Source: an uncultured Candidatus Saccharibacteria bacterium (GTDB lineage Bacteria > Patescibacteriota > Minisyncoccia > Phycocordibacterales > Zambryskibacteraceae). From it: DNA of 64,000 nt. The DNA is taken from NCBI GenBank assembly GCA_964357635.1, contig CAYHLZ010000001.1, positions 198,674 to 262,673 of the forward strand, given 5' to 3'. Positions 10,401-20,213 of this stretch are shown here, in pieces. The translations under genes and the position numbers were made by a program. Numbering within the stretch: the first letter of the stretch is position 1; every line of letters begins with the position of its first letter. The notes beneath the pieces are model-generated. The model ran no database searches and had not been told where the DNA came from. It worked only from the letters and a program-made list of their open reading frames with translations.

Positions 10401-13400
10401 TTCGAGAAGCCAGTTCTTGAAAAATCAGTGCCTGTTCAGAAGAAATACCAAATCTTTTAAGAGCATGTACGCTTTCTTGATTTGCTTTATCAATAATACT
10501 TACTGGGTTTTTTAAATTGCGATACTTTTTAATTACGCTGGTAAGATCCTCTAGGTTTGTTGAATAAGCATTAATAAAAATTATTTTTGTAGACTCATTT
10601 GGTTTTAGGTTTATTTTTTTCTGTAGGCTGAAGATGGAGTCTAGGGTGTAGTCCTTATCGTGACTCACACTTTCTTCGTGGTTAAAAATGTATGGAGAAA
10701 CAGTTGAACCTCTTCTTCCTAAAAACGATTCGCGAGAAGTATTGTATTTTATAACCTCATTTTTAACCTTATTATCAGCCATAAAATGAGCAAAATAGAA
10801 CTTTTTTGTTTTGTCAGGTAAATTATTTCTAGTGAAAACTAAAGATTTGTGTTCTTTGAGGAATTCTGATTTGATGAAAAGTCTTTGATATGCGGGATGT
10901 CCGATATCTTCTCCTTGTGAAGCCAGCACTACCTCTCCGTAACTAGAAACTTCAAAAGACTGTTGAAACTCATTTTGATTTGTTATTGTTAATTCTCTAA
11001 TCTCAACATTATCTTCTGGTGGTACAGAGATTTTAAGGATAGTGTCAATACCTTTGTTTGTTTGGTAAAACTCTGCTTTGTTCTCAGAAAAGATAACTTT
11101 ATAATTCTTCCCCAGAACTTTGGTTGGATGAAAAGTTGGTGACCACAAGCTGTTATCGTCAAGGTTACGAACATAAAGAAATGTGCCGGAACCCTCAAGA
11201 ACCGCGTCTTCTTTAAACCGTGTAAGTAGCAGATTATTGTACTTACTGTAACCACATCCAGTATTGCTTATTGACACTGAATAATTTCCATTAGAAAGAA
11301 AGGCAAACCTCGGCGTTTGGGTTCTCAGTGGAATATATTGTTTTACTAAGTGTCCAGAGTCAGTCGTATTTGAATAATCAATTAACAATCTTGATGTAAT
11401 TTTTGTCGGTTTGACTGGAGTTATGGCCCTAACCTTTTCTTCAAGCAATACTTCAACCGACGCTACTAGCGGATCTTCGTTAAAGAGTTTTCTTATTCGT
11501 TTGTCGTTTAGGGCGTTATTAAGATTACTCATAATAAATCCTTGGTGGTGTGCATAGTAAACCTTAGTAGCTACCCCACCCCTCTTTCTTTCCTTACTGG
11601 GCGTGTAATCAATAGCATCATAAAAACCGTAGCTACTGACCCCGCCTTGAAACATAAGTTTCTCTAAATTTTTTATTGAATTCTTAGGTTCAAATAAAAG
11701 TGACAGTACTGTTGTATATGGTGCTACCACTAGATAGTCGCCCAGACTTCTTTTAAGCCCGATATTTGGAACACCAAATGTTTGATACTCGTAATTCTTG
11801 TTTGCATTTAAGAGGTTATAAGCAGACTCGCCCATCCCCCAAGGGATGCCATATTTTTTAGCGTAACTAATATGAGCTTTTACGGCGGCCCTAGCATTTT
11901 TCCCCAAAAGACTTTCGTTGGTAACATCTAGGAAAATTAAAGAAGTTACATGTTCAAACAGTGATCCGCCCCACGAATAAAGAACCGGATTACTTCCAGA
12001 TTTAACAAACTTTCTGTTCAAGTGGAACCAGTGCTTCTTGGGTGCTTGATTTTTTAGTACCGCAATAAAACTTATGATATTGGTTTCTGAAGCAAGGAAA
12101 TCATAATAAGAACTGTCAATCTTATTAAATGTTGCATTGTAACCTATGTGGAAGAGTCCTCTTTCTTTGTTATATAGAAATCTAAAATCTGTTTCTTCAA
12201 AGATTTTATCGCACTGAACCACTAGTTTGTTGTAACTGTCAAAAAGTTTTGATGCGTTTTGTTCAGAAATCTCTACAATTTCAAGGATTCCCAAAAACCA
12301 AGTACGCACACTTTCTTTGTCTGTTTCTTCCAGAGAATAGCTTTCAATTTCAACTTCAATATCTAAATCCCGCACTGCCAAACTTAGTCTGGATTCTTTT
12401 AAGTCTAGTAGTGTGGGACACTGATTGAGTAAATGGAGAAGCTTCTCATATTTAATAGAAAAGTTTTTATAGCGTTTTAATTTATGAATAGCCGGAAAAT
12501 CGGAAACAATCTTAGAAAACGAAAATAAGTCTCTTGTTTCTTTCCTATATAGACTAATCAGGTTCTCAAGATTCTGAATCCAATAGTAAATATCCTGCAT
12601 GTTTTCTTTGCTATCTACGGCAACCATTTCGGTAATCAGCTTTTTTAACTCATGACTAGAATCTGATAATGAGAATAAAATTTCTTCAAATCCGGAGAGG
12701 GTTAGTTCAATATTGTGTTGCTTAAGACTATTTAAGGCTTTGCTGGAACTATTAATGATTTTGTTTAATTGTTCAACTTTTTCATTGTCATGTTTTTTTG
12801 TCTTGTCTCGCCTTATATTCTCTATAACAACGCTTGATTCTTTTGCAATAGAGACAAGAATATCGCTTAATCCTTGAACAACATTCTCTCCGATAGTCGG
12901 CTTTTTTAGAATATCTAAAATTCCCTGCTTCAAAGTAATAATTGACGCTAAAAAGTTGGCGCTATCAACACTGGAAACATATTGAGGGATAAGGGGTTTT
13001 AATAGTTTAATGTCATACCAGTTATAAAAATGACCTTGATAACGCTCAAGTTTGTTCAAGCTGTTGAATGTGTTGGTAAGTCTAGTTTTCAACTCGCTAA
13101 TTCCTATGTAACCAAAATCGTAAGCAGAAAGTAGAGAGAGAAGACCCATACCAATATTGGTTGGGGAGGTGGTGTTGTTTGAAGCTATAAGTGTTTTTTC
13201 TTCTTGAAAATGATCTGGTATTAACCAGTTATTTTCTGCGTTTGTAAATTCTAAGAAGTAACGGGAGCTTTTACATGCGATATGACGAAGAAGTTCCCTT
13301 TCCTTGGGCATAAAACTAATTGTGTCGGGTCTAGGACGACCCAGCCCATAGGCAATAAGAGGAGAGAGAATCCAAAGTACGCTCCAAATATATATGGGAA

Positions 13401-16260
13401 ATGCAGACGCATTAATGTTAATAAAAATTGAAATAAGCAATAATGACCCGGCTTGCGTAAACCACATAGTTGAATAAATCTCAAGTAAGGTACCTTTCAG
13501 TTTTTTTGCCACTTCCCCAGAACTTTGCCATCTAAGCATGTGCTTTCTGGTCAAATATTTATGGATAAAAGTGCTTACAATGGCACTAATGGCAACTCCA
13601 GCGTTATAAAAAAGAAACACACCACTTACCAGCACCTGCACCACAGCAAATACTGATTCGTTGATAAACGAACTAATTTTATTTTTCAAAGTGGAACTTC
13701 TTTCCCATTTAAGCAGTCCAATACAAACAGAAAATATAAATGGAGAACTCAAGATTATGATTATATAAACACTCCCCCAATACATGTTTGGACTAGATAA
13801 GCCCCATGACAGTAAGAGAAAAGCTAGTGAAACTATCGGAATAGAGCTTCTTCTTAGGTTATCGAAAATTTTCCACCTTGAAACAAAAGAAAATTCATTT
13901 TTTATTAAAGTGCCGTTACCGAGCCGGACTCTTGGAAAAAGCCAGTCAATAATTTGCCAATCGCCACGTGTCCACCGATGTAGACGTGAGACATATTCAT
14001 GATATTGAGAAGGAAAATCATCAGATAATTGGATGTCTGTAGCTAGTCCTGCTCGAGCATACAATCCCTCTAAGAGGTCATGACTAAGAACCGTATTGTC
14101 AGGAATCTTCCCTGCCATCGTTTTTTCAAAAATGTCTATATCATAGATACCCTTACCGAAAAATATTCCACTTTTAAACAAATCTTGATACACATCAGCC
14201 ACCACACTAGAATACGAGTCTATGCCAGAGGCGGAGGAAAAAAATTTAGAAAATAATGATTTGTTAGATGTTTTTAGTGACGTGGATACGCGAGGCTGGA
14301 TTATGCCATAACCACCACGTACAACATTTGTTTTCTCATCAAGGATAGCTCTATTGAGAGGATGTGCGATGCACCCAATGAGCTGACTTGCCGACTCTTT
14401 GGGCATTCGCGTGTCTTCATCTAGAGTTATTACATACTTAATGTTTCTAGGTAATTGAGAGAATTTATTGTTATCAATTATGTATGTGGTGTTTTGAGAC
14501 CCACGAATTAGCTGGTTAAACTCTCTTAATTTGCCTCTCTTTCTTTCCCAACCCATAAAGACGTTTTCTTTTGGGTTCCACAGGCGTTTCCTGTAAAATA
14601 GAAAAAACTTTCTTTCTCCGTTAGAGTATTTTTTATTTAGTTTATTAATCTCATCAGATACATAGATGGTTAGCCCTCTATCTTTCGGCATACTTTCCTC
14701 TAGTGCATCGGTAAAGTCCATCAATAATCCGAAAAAGATATTTTTGTCCTTATTACTTAGGTAATTTACTTCAAGTCGCCTTAATAGTTCGTTAATAGAA
14801 CTTATGTTTCTAAACATCCCCGACGTAACCACAAAGGTTCTAAATTCATCAGGTACTCCATTTTTAAAATCAAACTTAGGTAATGATTTTATCGGCAAAA
14901 AACTTACGATTAAAGAATTTAATAAGTTGGTACCCACTTCACTACTCAAAATAAAGATGAGGACAGCTGTTAGAGCCAAATACAGTCCGCTGGTATATTG
15001 AGCAACATAAAAGGAGACAAGTGCTGATATGCTAAGACAAACCAAAGAGATGCTAGTAAAATAAAATAAACTGGGATTATTGAGCAGTAAACGCCCATAT
15101 TTTTCAAAAAAAGTAGGTTTATAGCTAAACTTTTTTTCAAGTTCATCTCTGCCTTGCCCAATAAGATAGTGGCCGATATGTGCTTTTATAGAACCGTCAT
15201 CTTCAATCTGCCCACTTTCTGTTTTTTTACTGTGAGTAAGTTTAAGAGCATGTTTGGCAATTTCTGCTTCGTGTATACCAGTTACGTCAGCAACCCGAAC
15301 AACCGCATCTTTGTATAGGTTCTTGGTGCGATCATCAAGTGCCGTATAAACTCCAGCGGGATCATTGTGAAATATTTTATCAACCACGTTTACGTTACCC
15401 ACAAAGTCGCCCCACTGCACTTGGTTTAACCATCGCAAGCTCTCAAAAATATTTGATATCAAAACTCTTCTCTTATCTCGCTCATCACCTTCAATCTTGG
15501 CTAAATCCTTTATATCAATCCCCTGCTTTAATAGGTTTGACTTCAACCATTTGGTAACAGGGCGCGCTACGGGTTCGTAATGGGACAGTCTCTGCAGAAG
15601 ATAGAAGCCGAAATTTACAGGGATAATGTTGTATTTTGAAGTAAGTTCGTGAATAATCTCGGAGAATTGAGAGATGCGTTTTTGTTTAGTTTTTTTTATT
15701 ATTTGTTTAAACCAGAACTCTGCTTCATTAAACTCTATGGAAGAAAGAAGAATTCGTTCTATTAGATATTGAATGTTCTCCACCAGAATTATCTTTAAAA
15801 TAGTGGGAGTGGCATAGAGCTCTCGGAGAGTTAGTGGGGTGTGTTTCTGATAGGAGTTTATGAACTTCTCCATTACTTGTTTATCAATTTCGTTCTTGTT
15901 TGCCTTCAGTAATTCAGAAAAAATGAAGTAGGTTCTGGGAACAAAGTTTTGTCCACTCTTAGAAATCTGTGGTAATTTCAGAAATTCTTTTTTTACAATT
16001 CCATTTTCAATGTCAGAAATCGCATTTTCTATAATATAAAAATTATCAACCAACTCTGCCTCTTGAGTCAGGTAACTAGAACTGGTAATACTTTTTATAA
16101 AATTATTGTAGAGTTTGTAGGTACTGCGAACCTTTTTTTGTAAGTTATTAAAAAATGATTCAGCGGGTTTCGGTTTGGAAAAAAGAATGCCTCTTTTACT
16201 TAAATCTGAAGCAAGTTTATCAATTTTCTTAAGATTAACTGCTTCTAATAAATCGCTCAT
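7477..16260 (-). CDS. Giant membrane glycosyltransferase/glycoside phosphorylase, cyclic beta-1,2-glucan synthetase (NdvB/Cgs)-like, GT84 plus GH94
   Basis: At 2927 aa it has an N-terminal region with multiple TM helices flanking a GT domain carrying the ITLDEDTRMP DxD motif, then a large C-terminal GH94-like (cellobiose-phosphorylase-like) beta-sandwich plus (alpha/alpha)6 region. One uninterrupted ORF. Confidence 0.7.
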   Translation of the reverse strand: MSDLLEAVNLKKIDKLASDLSKRGILFSKPKPAESFFNNLQKKVRSTYKLYNNFIKSITSSSYLTQEAELVDNFYIIENAISDIENGIVKKEFLKLPQISKSGQNFVPRTYFIFSELLKANKNEIDKQVMEKFINSYQKHTPLTLRELYATPTILKIILVENIQYLIERILLSSIEFNEAEFWFKQIIKKTKQKRISQFSEIIHELTSKYNIIPVNFGFYLLQRLSHYEPVARPVTKWLKSNLLKQGIDIKDLAKIEGDERDKRRVLISNIFESLRWLNQVQWGDFVGNVNVVDKIFHNDPAGVYTALDDRTKNLYKDAVVRVADVTGIHEAEIAKHALKLTHSKKTESGQIEDDGSIKAHIGHYLIGQGRDELEKKFSYKPTFFEKYGRLLLNNPSLFYFTSISLVCLSISALVSFYVAQYTSGLYLALTAVLIFILSSEVGTNLLNSLIVSFLPIKSLPKFDFKNGVPDEFRTFVVTSGMFRNISSINELLRRLEVNYLSNKDKNIFFGLLMDFTDALEESMPKDRGLTIYVSDEINKLNKKYSNGERKFFLFYRKRLWNPKENVFMGWERKRGKLREFNQLIRGSQNTTYIIDNNKFSQLPRNIKYVITLDEDTRMPKESASQLIGCIAHPLNRAILDEKTNVVRGGYGIIQPRVSTSLKTSNKSLFSKFFSSASGIDSYSSVVADVYQDLFKSGIFFGKGIYDIDIFEKTMAGKIPDNTVLSHDLLEGLYARAGLATDIQLSDDFPSQYHEYVSRLHRWTRGDWQIIDWLFPRVRLGNGTLIKNEFSFVSRWKIFDNLRRSSIPIVSLAFLLLSWGLSSPNMYWGSVYIIIILSSPFIFSVCIGLLKWERSSTLKNKISSFINESVFAVVQVLVSGVFLFYNAGVAISAIVSTFIHKYLTRKHMLRWQSSGEVAKKLKGTLLEIYSTMWFTQAGSLLLISIFININASAFPIYIWSVLWILSPLIAYGLGRPRPDTISFMPKERELLRHIACKSSRYFLEFTNAENNWLIPDHFQEEKTLIASNNTTSPTNIGMGLLSLLSAYDFGYIGISELKTRLTNTFNSLNKLERYQGHFYNWYDIKLLKPLIPQYVSSVDSANFLASIITLKQGILDILKKPTIGENVVQGLSDILVSIAKESSVVIENIRRDKTKKHDNEKVEQLNKIINSSSKALNSLKQHNIELTLSGFEEILFSLSDSSHELKKLITEMVAVDSKENMQDIYYWIQNLENLISLYRKETRDLFSFSKIVSDFPAIHKLKRYKNFSIKYEKLLHLLNQCPTLLDLKESRLSLAVRDLDIEVEIESYSLEETDKESVRTWFLGILEIVEISEQNASKLFDSYNKLVVQCDKIFEETDFRFLYNKERGLFHIGYNATFNKIDSSYYDFLASETNIISFIAVLKNQAPKKHWFHLNRKFVKSGSNPVLYSWGGSLFEHVTSLIFLDVTNESLLGKNARAAVKAHISYAKKYGIPWGMGESAYNLLNANKNYEYQTFGVPNIGLKRSLGDYLVVAPYTTVLSLLFEPKNSIKNLEKLMFQGGVSSYGFYDAIDYTPSKERKRGGVATKVYYAHHQGFIMSNLNNALNDKRIRKLFNEDPLVASVEVLLEEKVRAITPVKPTKITSRLLIDYSNTTDSGHLVKQYIPLRTQTPRFAFLSNGNYSVSISNTGCGYSKYNNLLLTRFKEDAVLEGSGTFLYVRNLDDNSLWSPTFHPTKVLGKNYKVIFSENKAEFYQTNKGIDTILKISVPPEDNVEIRELTITNQNEFQQSFEVSSYGEVVLASQGEDIGHPAYQRLFIKSEFLKEHKSLVFTRNNLPDKTKKFYFAHFMADNKVKNEVIKYNTSRESFLGRRGSTVSPYIFNHEESVSHDKDYTLDSIFSLQKKINLKPNESTKIIFINAYSTNLEDLTSVIKKYRNLKNPVSIIDKANQESVHALKRFGISSEQALIFQELASRILAGGYLRDKPTNVSPAFPMIHSLWKYGISGDTPIIVVKIKDIEDINFIKNVLLCYRYLTYKGLNIDIVIYNEHPGGYIKTLHDEIDFIIRYNKLVENNHSNGKVFHLKTNFMSVEDRHSILFNASAIFDSEEGNLEYQIKTRNRKPNIKPLPNIFKSSKELPEKEVALKPSNSLSFYNGLGGFDETKKEYVMHLSQDLKTPASWVNVISNPQFGFMVSEGGSSHTWSVDSYDNRLTSWAADSLLDASGEILYIRDEKTGELWSPTPYPLGEDRSYTVKHGRGYSTFEHKRGSLEHKLLMFVPTTEKIKIFKLTIKNTGTETRNLSVTGFFELVLGVNYEQTKRSLITSTDNKTKAVITQNIVRNHFQGNLVFLDMNKGNYAISTSREEFFGRGGSVKSPEALKKEKLSNEIKYEPDHSVSLQTVVNLKSGEEKSVLILLGEGENIEEIRKLVTTYRKLPKITEALAQVERYWDQISRSITISTPDESLDIMFNDWILYQILSSRIFTKAGYSQPSGAFGFRDQLQDITAFIYSNPDLVRKVILDAAEHQFVEGDVQTWWHEHNNFGMRSVMSDHQLWLPHIVCSYVEITGDFSIFDERMPFLEGPALDFKNKKEWVGVPEITKGKYSLFEHCTRAIDKSLFFGEHGLPLIGKGDWNDGFNEVGINGKGESVWSGFFLYSILTRFSEVCTKLNDVEHLDKYRNIAESIKNALEIHGWDGSWYRRAYFDDGAPLGSHLNEEIKIDSITQSWAVLSRAGTEERAREAMDAVEKYLMPDKKLLKLLAPPIAKSSMRVGYTGDYPPGVRENGSQYNHAALWVAQAFATLGEGDKAKNIIDLINPINRSRSPEGVTQYRVEPYVVASDIYSKPSYEGRGGWTWYTGAAGLMYRTTLEFILGIKISKSKLIINPCIPKDWKEFKVSYFFKSTSYKITVKNPLGLSRGVKSIAVNGKMLDSKEIILSSDGKIYNVEVIMGD

Positions 16261-16316
16261 TCTATATGTTTGTGCTAAGGAGCAGGTTTAAACATCTTTA
16301 TTTTTAAAAAACTAAA

Positions 16317-16829
16317 CTAACGAACCGTTAAAGTACCCCACATCCCTTGTGCCCTATGGTTACCGACTGAACAGTAGTACTCAAAGCTTCCTGCCTTGTC
16401 TGCTACGAAGGTTATGGTTTGTTGTTCTCCCGTGCTGAGTAACCGAGTGGCAGCCTTAAATTCATCTATCTTGAGGTCGTGAGTACCACCGGTGTTTCTG
16501 AATGTAATTTTTACTGTATCCCCTTTGTTAACCGTTAAACTAGACGGCTTGAAAGAGAACATTTCATTATCAACAGTAAATTCCTTAACTGCAGGGGTAA
16601 GAGATGTCGCAGAAGGAGCGGGGCTCGGAACTGGTGCTGACTCGTTCCCGACAATCATTTCATCAACTTCGCTCCCCGGAACTGGCATCGTATTTTCCAC
16701 CTCTATTTCTGTTGGGGCTACGCTCTTGTTTTTGAATAAAAGAAATCCACCAGTAAGCACAAGAAGTATTAATAAGGCGACAATCAATTTATTGCTCATG
16801 TTGCTCAAATTACGTTTGTATAGACCCAA
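16317..16829 (-). CDS. Type-1 blue copper protein (cupredoxin, plastocyanin/azurin-like) with an N-terminal signal anchor
   Basis: C-terminal copper-site pattern H...YYCSVGNHRAQGMWG (Cys-His-Met ligands), plus an N-terminal TM/signal segment. Confidence 0.7.
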   Translation of the reverse strand: MGLYKRNLSNMSNKLIVALLILLVLTGGFLLFKNKSVAPTEIEVENTMPVPGSEVDEMIVGNESAPVPSPAPSATSLTPAVKEFTVDNEMFSFKPSSLTVNKGDTVKITFRNTGGTHDLKIDEFKAATRLLSTGEQQTITFVADKAGSFEYYCSVGNHRAQGMWGTLTVR

Positions 16830-17777
16830 TTATACCTTGAGATATTTGCGTATAGCAAGAGCGCTAGAAAGTGCGCCGATAAATATTCCTGATGCCATAA
16901 TGATAAAAGCGATTTCCAAGAAATGACGGAGGTAATAAGAGAAAATATTGAAACCGATAAAGAAACTCTCGGTTGTCCCTCCAAGCCAATATGTGAGTGG
17001 TAAAAGTAAAATTAGTGTTGAGATGCCGGCCACCACTCCGTAGATAACACCGAGCACTACAAAAGGTCCTTGAATATAGGTCATTGAGGCACCTACTAAG
17101 CGCATCACGCTTATTTCATCTCGAGCCAAGTAGATTGTCAGACGGATAGTGTTGAAAGCAATCAAGATAGAGATAGTGGCGAGAAAAATAGTTAGGGCAA
17201 AGCCTAATTTGTCGGCAGAAGAGATAACTCTAGTGAGTTTATCTATGGCGGCTTTGTTTTGGAAATAATTCACACGGTCAATGATATTGACCGTATCTGG
17301 GGAAAGAGCATTACCGCCTTCTAGAAACTCTGCAACAGAAGCATACTGGGCTGGGTCTCTTGCCTTAATATTGAGAACTGCACCAAGAGGATTTTCTCCG
17401 AGTTCATCAAGGGCAGAGAGGATGGACTGGTCGGATGCGTGTCTTTCTTTGAAAAGAGTCAAGGCTTCTTCACGAGACACGTAGGTGACTAGAGATACTT
17501 CTGGCAGAGATTCAATCGTATGTTTAAGCTCCAAAATAGCCTCTTCCTCGGCGCTCGTTACAAAGGTAACGTTAATATCAATCTTATTTTTTAGCTCAAC
17601 GAGAGTGGTATTTAGAATAGCTCCAGAGAAAGAGATAAGTCCTATAACTAAAAGAGTTACCATCATCACCAAGACAGAGGCAAGAGAAACAGTTGAGTCT
17701 CTCCAGAAATTAAAAAACCCCGTGCGGATAATCCTTTTAACTTTGGTCCAAAACATTTTCTTGTTGGTTTCCGTCAT
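16830..17777 (-). CDS. ftsX: Cell-division ABC transporter permease FtsX
   Basis: 4-TM FtsX topology with a large extracytoplasmic loop after TM1. It lies immediately downstream of ftsE. Confidence 0.75.
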   Translation of the reverse strand: MTETNKKMFWTKVKRIIRTGFFNFWRDSTVSLASVLVMMVTLLVIGLISFSGAILNTTLVELKNKIDINVTFVTSAEEEAILELKHTIESLPEVSLVTYVSREEALTLFKERHASDQSILSALDELGENPLGAVLNIKARDPAQYASVAEFLEGGNALSPDTVNIIDRVNYFQNKAAIDKLTRVISSADKLGFALTIFLATISILIAFNTIRLTIYLARDEISVMRLVGASMTYIQGPFVVLGVIYGVVAGISTLILLLPLTYWLGGTTESFFIGFNIFSYYLRHFLEIAFIIMASGIFIGALSSALAIRKYLKV

Positions 17778-17779
17778 GT

Positions 17780-18460
17780 TTATACAAAATATTTACCACT
17801 CTTGTCGTCGCGGACAACCCTGCCGTGCTCTATGGCGACAACGCGACGTTTGAGCAAATCAATTATACCCTTATTGTGCGTTGCCAATATCACAGTGGTG
17901 CCGAGATCATTAATCTTCTTAAGTATCTGGACGATGTCGTAAGTGTTGGCAGGATCCAGATTTCCAGTGGGTTCGTCGGCAATGATAATGTCGGGTTCGT
18001 TAACAAGAGCTCGGGCAATGGCAACTCTCTGTTTTTCTCCACCAGAGAGTTCGTGTGGAAAGTTCCAAACCTTGGGTGTTAGGTCAACAAGTTCTAGGAC
18101 GTGTGGTACATCGGACTCTATCTCCTCGTCTGTCCTCCCTGCCGCTTCCATGGTGAAGGCAATATTTTCGTAAACAGTTTTGTTTGGCAGAAGGCGAAAG
18201 TCTTGGAAAACCATACCCACTTTCCTACGGAAGATGTCCATTTCCTTTTTAGTTAGAGAGTGGATGTTGGCTGACTCGTAGTAAACAGCCCCTTCGGTCG
18301 GCTTCTCTTCTGCTAGAAAAAGCTTTAAGAGCGTGGTTTTCCCCGCACCAGAGGGGCCCACAATAGAGACAAATTCTTTGGGCTCTATAGAAAGCGTCAC
18401 CTCTTCAAGAGCTACAGAACTGTCTGGATATACTTTAGAAACACGGTCAAAGACTATCAT
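17780..18460 (-). CDS. ftsE: Cell-division ABC transporter ATP-binding protein FtsE (start placed at [11 protein letters not shown]; the ORF extends to 18496)
   Basis: Walker [13 protein letters not shown] signature [15 protein letters not shown], Walker [13 protein letters not shown], 226-238 aa. Operon with ftsX. Confidence 0.85.
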   Translation of the reverse strand: MIVFDRVSKVYPDSSVALEEVTLSIEPKEFVSIVGPSGAGKTTLLKLFLAEEKPTEGAVYYESANIHSLTKKEMDIFRRKVGMVFQDFRLLPNKTVYENIAFTMEAAGRTDEEIESDVPHVLELVDLTPKVWNFPHELSGGEKQRVAIARALVNEPDIIIADEPTGNLDPANTYDIVQILKKINDLGTTVILATHNKGIIDLLKRRVVAIEHGRVVRDDKSGKYFV

Positions 18461-18519
18461 TTGCTTAATTCTACCATGTGTGGATTCTTGCAACAAGAAA
18501 TATGCTATATTAAGAGTTA

Positions 18520-19107
18520 ATGAAGAAAGAAATTGTCGTCATTATTGCCTTAGTTGCCGCTGGGTTTATCCTTTTTACCGGAACAAAGAGTTTTCAATTA
18601 AATAATCCGGAAGCCAGTTCTCCTTCCCCTATTTCTCTCCCGGCGTTTTTGTTTCCTACTCTAGAAGCACCCACGGCAGACAGAGCAACGGTTGGGAGCG
18701 AAGCTTGGCAAACACTTCAAAATTACCTAACCTTCGCCAAAAATCATGATCTTTCGGGCGTTAAAAGCCTTTCACATCAAATTTCTCCAACATGTGCTGA
18801 CCCGCTAAGAGAAAAAGAGTGCTTCGCCCTCATGGATAGCATTTATTCCCTAGCAGGTGAACTTGACCCAAGGATTTTCAAGTTTATACAGAATGACAAT
18901 AAACAAGTGGTGATGTACACAGATGGACCTGTAGTATTAATTATCTACTTCACTCGCTCGGAAAATAGAATTTTAAAAGTACTTGGCTTAAGAGCTTGTG
19001 TTGAAATGCAGGGTGGAGATCCTTGTGTAGAACCAGACACACTCAAAAATGATGAGGATAAAGATGGTTGGTGGGATACGGTAGAAACTCTTTTCTACAA
19101 CAACTAA
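18520..19107 (+). CDS. Hypothetical secreted/membrane-anchored protein
   Basis: N-terminal signal anchor; no recognisable motifs. Confidence 0.4.
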   Translation: MKKEIVVIIALVAAGFILFTGTKSFQLNNPEASSPSPISLPAFLFPTLEAPTADRATVGSEAWQTLQNYLTFAKNHDLSGVKSLSHQISPTCADPLREKECFALMDSIYSLAGELDPRIFKFIQNDNKQVVMYTDGPVVLIIYFTRSENRILKVLGLRACVEMQGGDPCVEPDTLKNDEDKDGWWDTVETLFYNN

Positions 19108-19109
19108 AA

Positions 19110-20132
19110 CTATTCAATAATGATTTTCGGGAAGAGATAATTCTTTGAGAAATAAAGGAGTATTAAAACAAGGACAAGGAGAAGAATAGCATAAATAATA
19201 TTTTTGGGATGCTGACGTTTTGGCTCAATTAATACGAGGATAAGAAGTGAAATAAAGATTATACCACCTATAACCATATACACGGTTTCTAGGGCTGTTT
19301 TGGGCGCAGTCAAGGCCCTATCTAGAGCAGATACCTCGGAGGTGGGCACATTTGTGGGCAGGACTTCTCTCGTGGCGGTGCTGACATAATCATTGTTTTG
19401 AACTGCGATAAACATCTCCGTTTCAGCAAGGACTTCTGTGTTTTCAGAAAGTACTTCTATCTCGCTTTCTGAAGTAGCAACTTCGCTAGAAACAGAAACT
19501 TCTTCTGCCAAAATAGTTACTTCTGGAGTTTCTTTTACAACTGGAGTCTCTACAACTACAACCGATTGTGGAACGGGTTGTGCGAAGAGTTGCACAACAT
19601 AAATAGTCTCGCGACCATTATAAACTCCAGGCGCCATGGCAATACCTATCTCGGTAAATTTATCATTCAAAATATTGGCACGGTGACCTTCCGAATTCAT
19701 CCAAGCTTGGACAACATCAGAAGATTCTGTGAAGTTAACAGCTAGATTTTCTCCAGCATAAAGAAACTTATATCCTCCTTCGCTAAACCAATACCAAGGA
19801 GTTTTACCGTCTGGACTGTTGTGGGCAAAATAACTTTTCTCTGCCATGTCATTGGCCTTGAGCTGGGCTGCATAAGCAAGAGTTGGATTCTCTGAAAGCA
19901 CTCCGAGATTCTGTGCCAAACGATTTGTGTTGGTAATATCAACCAAAACTCCTGTAATAACTGCCGAGAGGAGATCAGGGTGCCTCGTCATAAAGGAGTT
20001 TAAGAAGAACGCCATATTGAAAATAGCTACGGCGATAAGCGCAATAGAGATAACGCTTTTCTCTCGGACAAAGTGGGGTCTGTAATCGTTCCCTTCGTGA
20101 GGGACGAAGTGGTTTTTCAACCTCTTTCTCAT
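19110..20132 (-). CDS. CAP/SCP (PR-1-like) domain extracellular protein with an N-terminal and a C-terminal TM
   Basis: CAP motifs YFAHNSPDG...GENLA...NSEGHRANIL, followed by a Thr/Glu/Val-rich linker and a C-terminal membrane anchor. Confidence 0.65.
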   Translation of the reverse strand: MRKRLKNHFVPHEGNDYRPHFVREKSVISIALIAVAIFNMAFFLNSFMTRHPDLLSAVITGVLVDITNTNRLAQNLGVLSENPTLAYAAQLKANDMAEKSYFAHNSPDGKTPWYWFSEGGYKFLYAGENLAVNFTESSDVVQAWMNSEGHRANILNDKFTEIGIAMAPGVYNGRETIYVVQLFAQPVPQSVVVVETPVVKETPEVTILAEEVSVSSEVATSESEIEVLSENTEVLAETEMFIAVQNNDYVSTATREVLPTNVPTSEVSALDRALTAPKTALETVYMVIGGIIFISLLILVLIEPKRQHPKNIIYAILLLVLVLILLYFSKNYLFPKIIIE

Positions 20133-20213
20133 TGCCCTTAATTATGTCACATCTTGAGACAAAAAACCAGCCCCACTTAGTGAAGCTGGTTTTTTGTTTC
20201 TTTTAAGAAAATT

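Noticed and set aside
7477-16260. Several 60-105-aa ORFs antisense within the giant GT84-GH94 gene (e.g. 8330-8647, 10989-11255, 13251-13484)
   Set aside because: They are embedded antisense in a continuous 2927-aa reading frame with coherent domain structure; typical AT-rich shadow ORFs.
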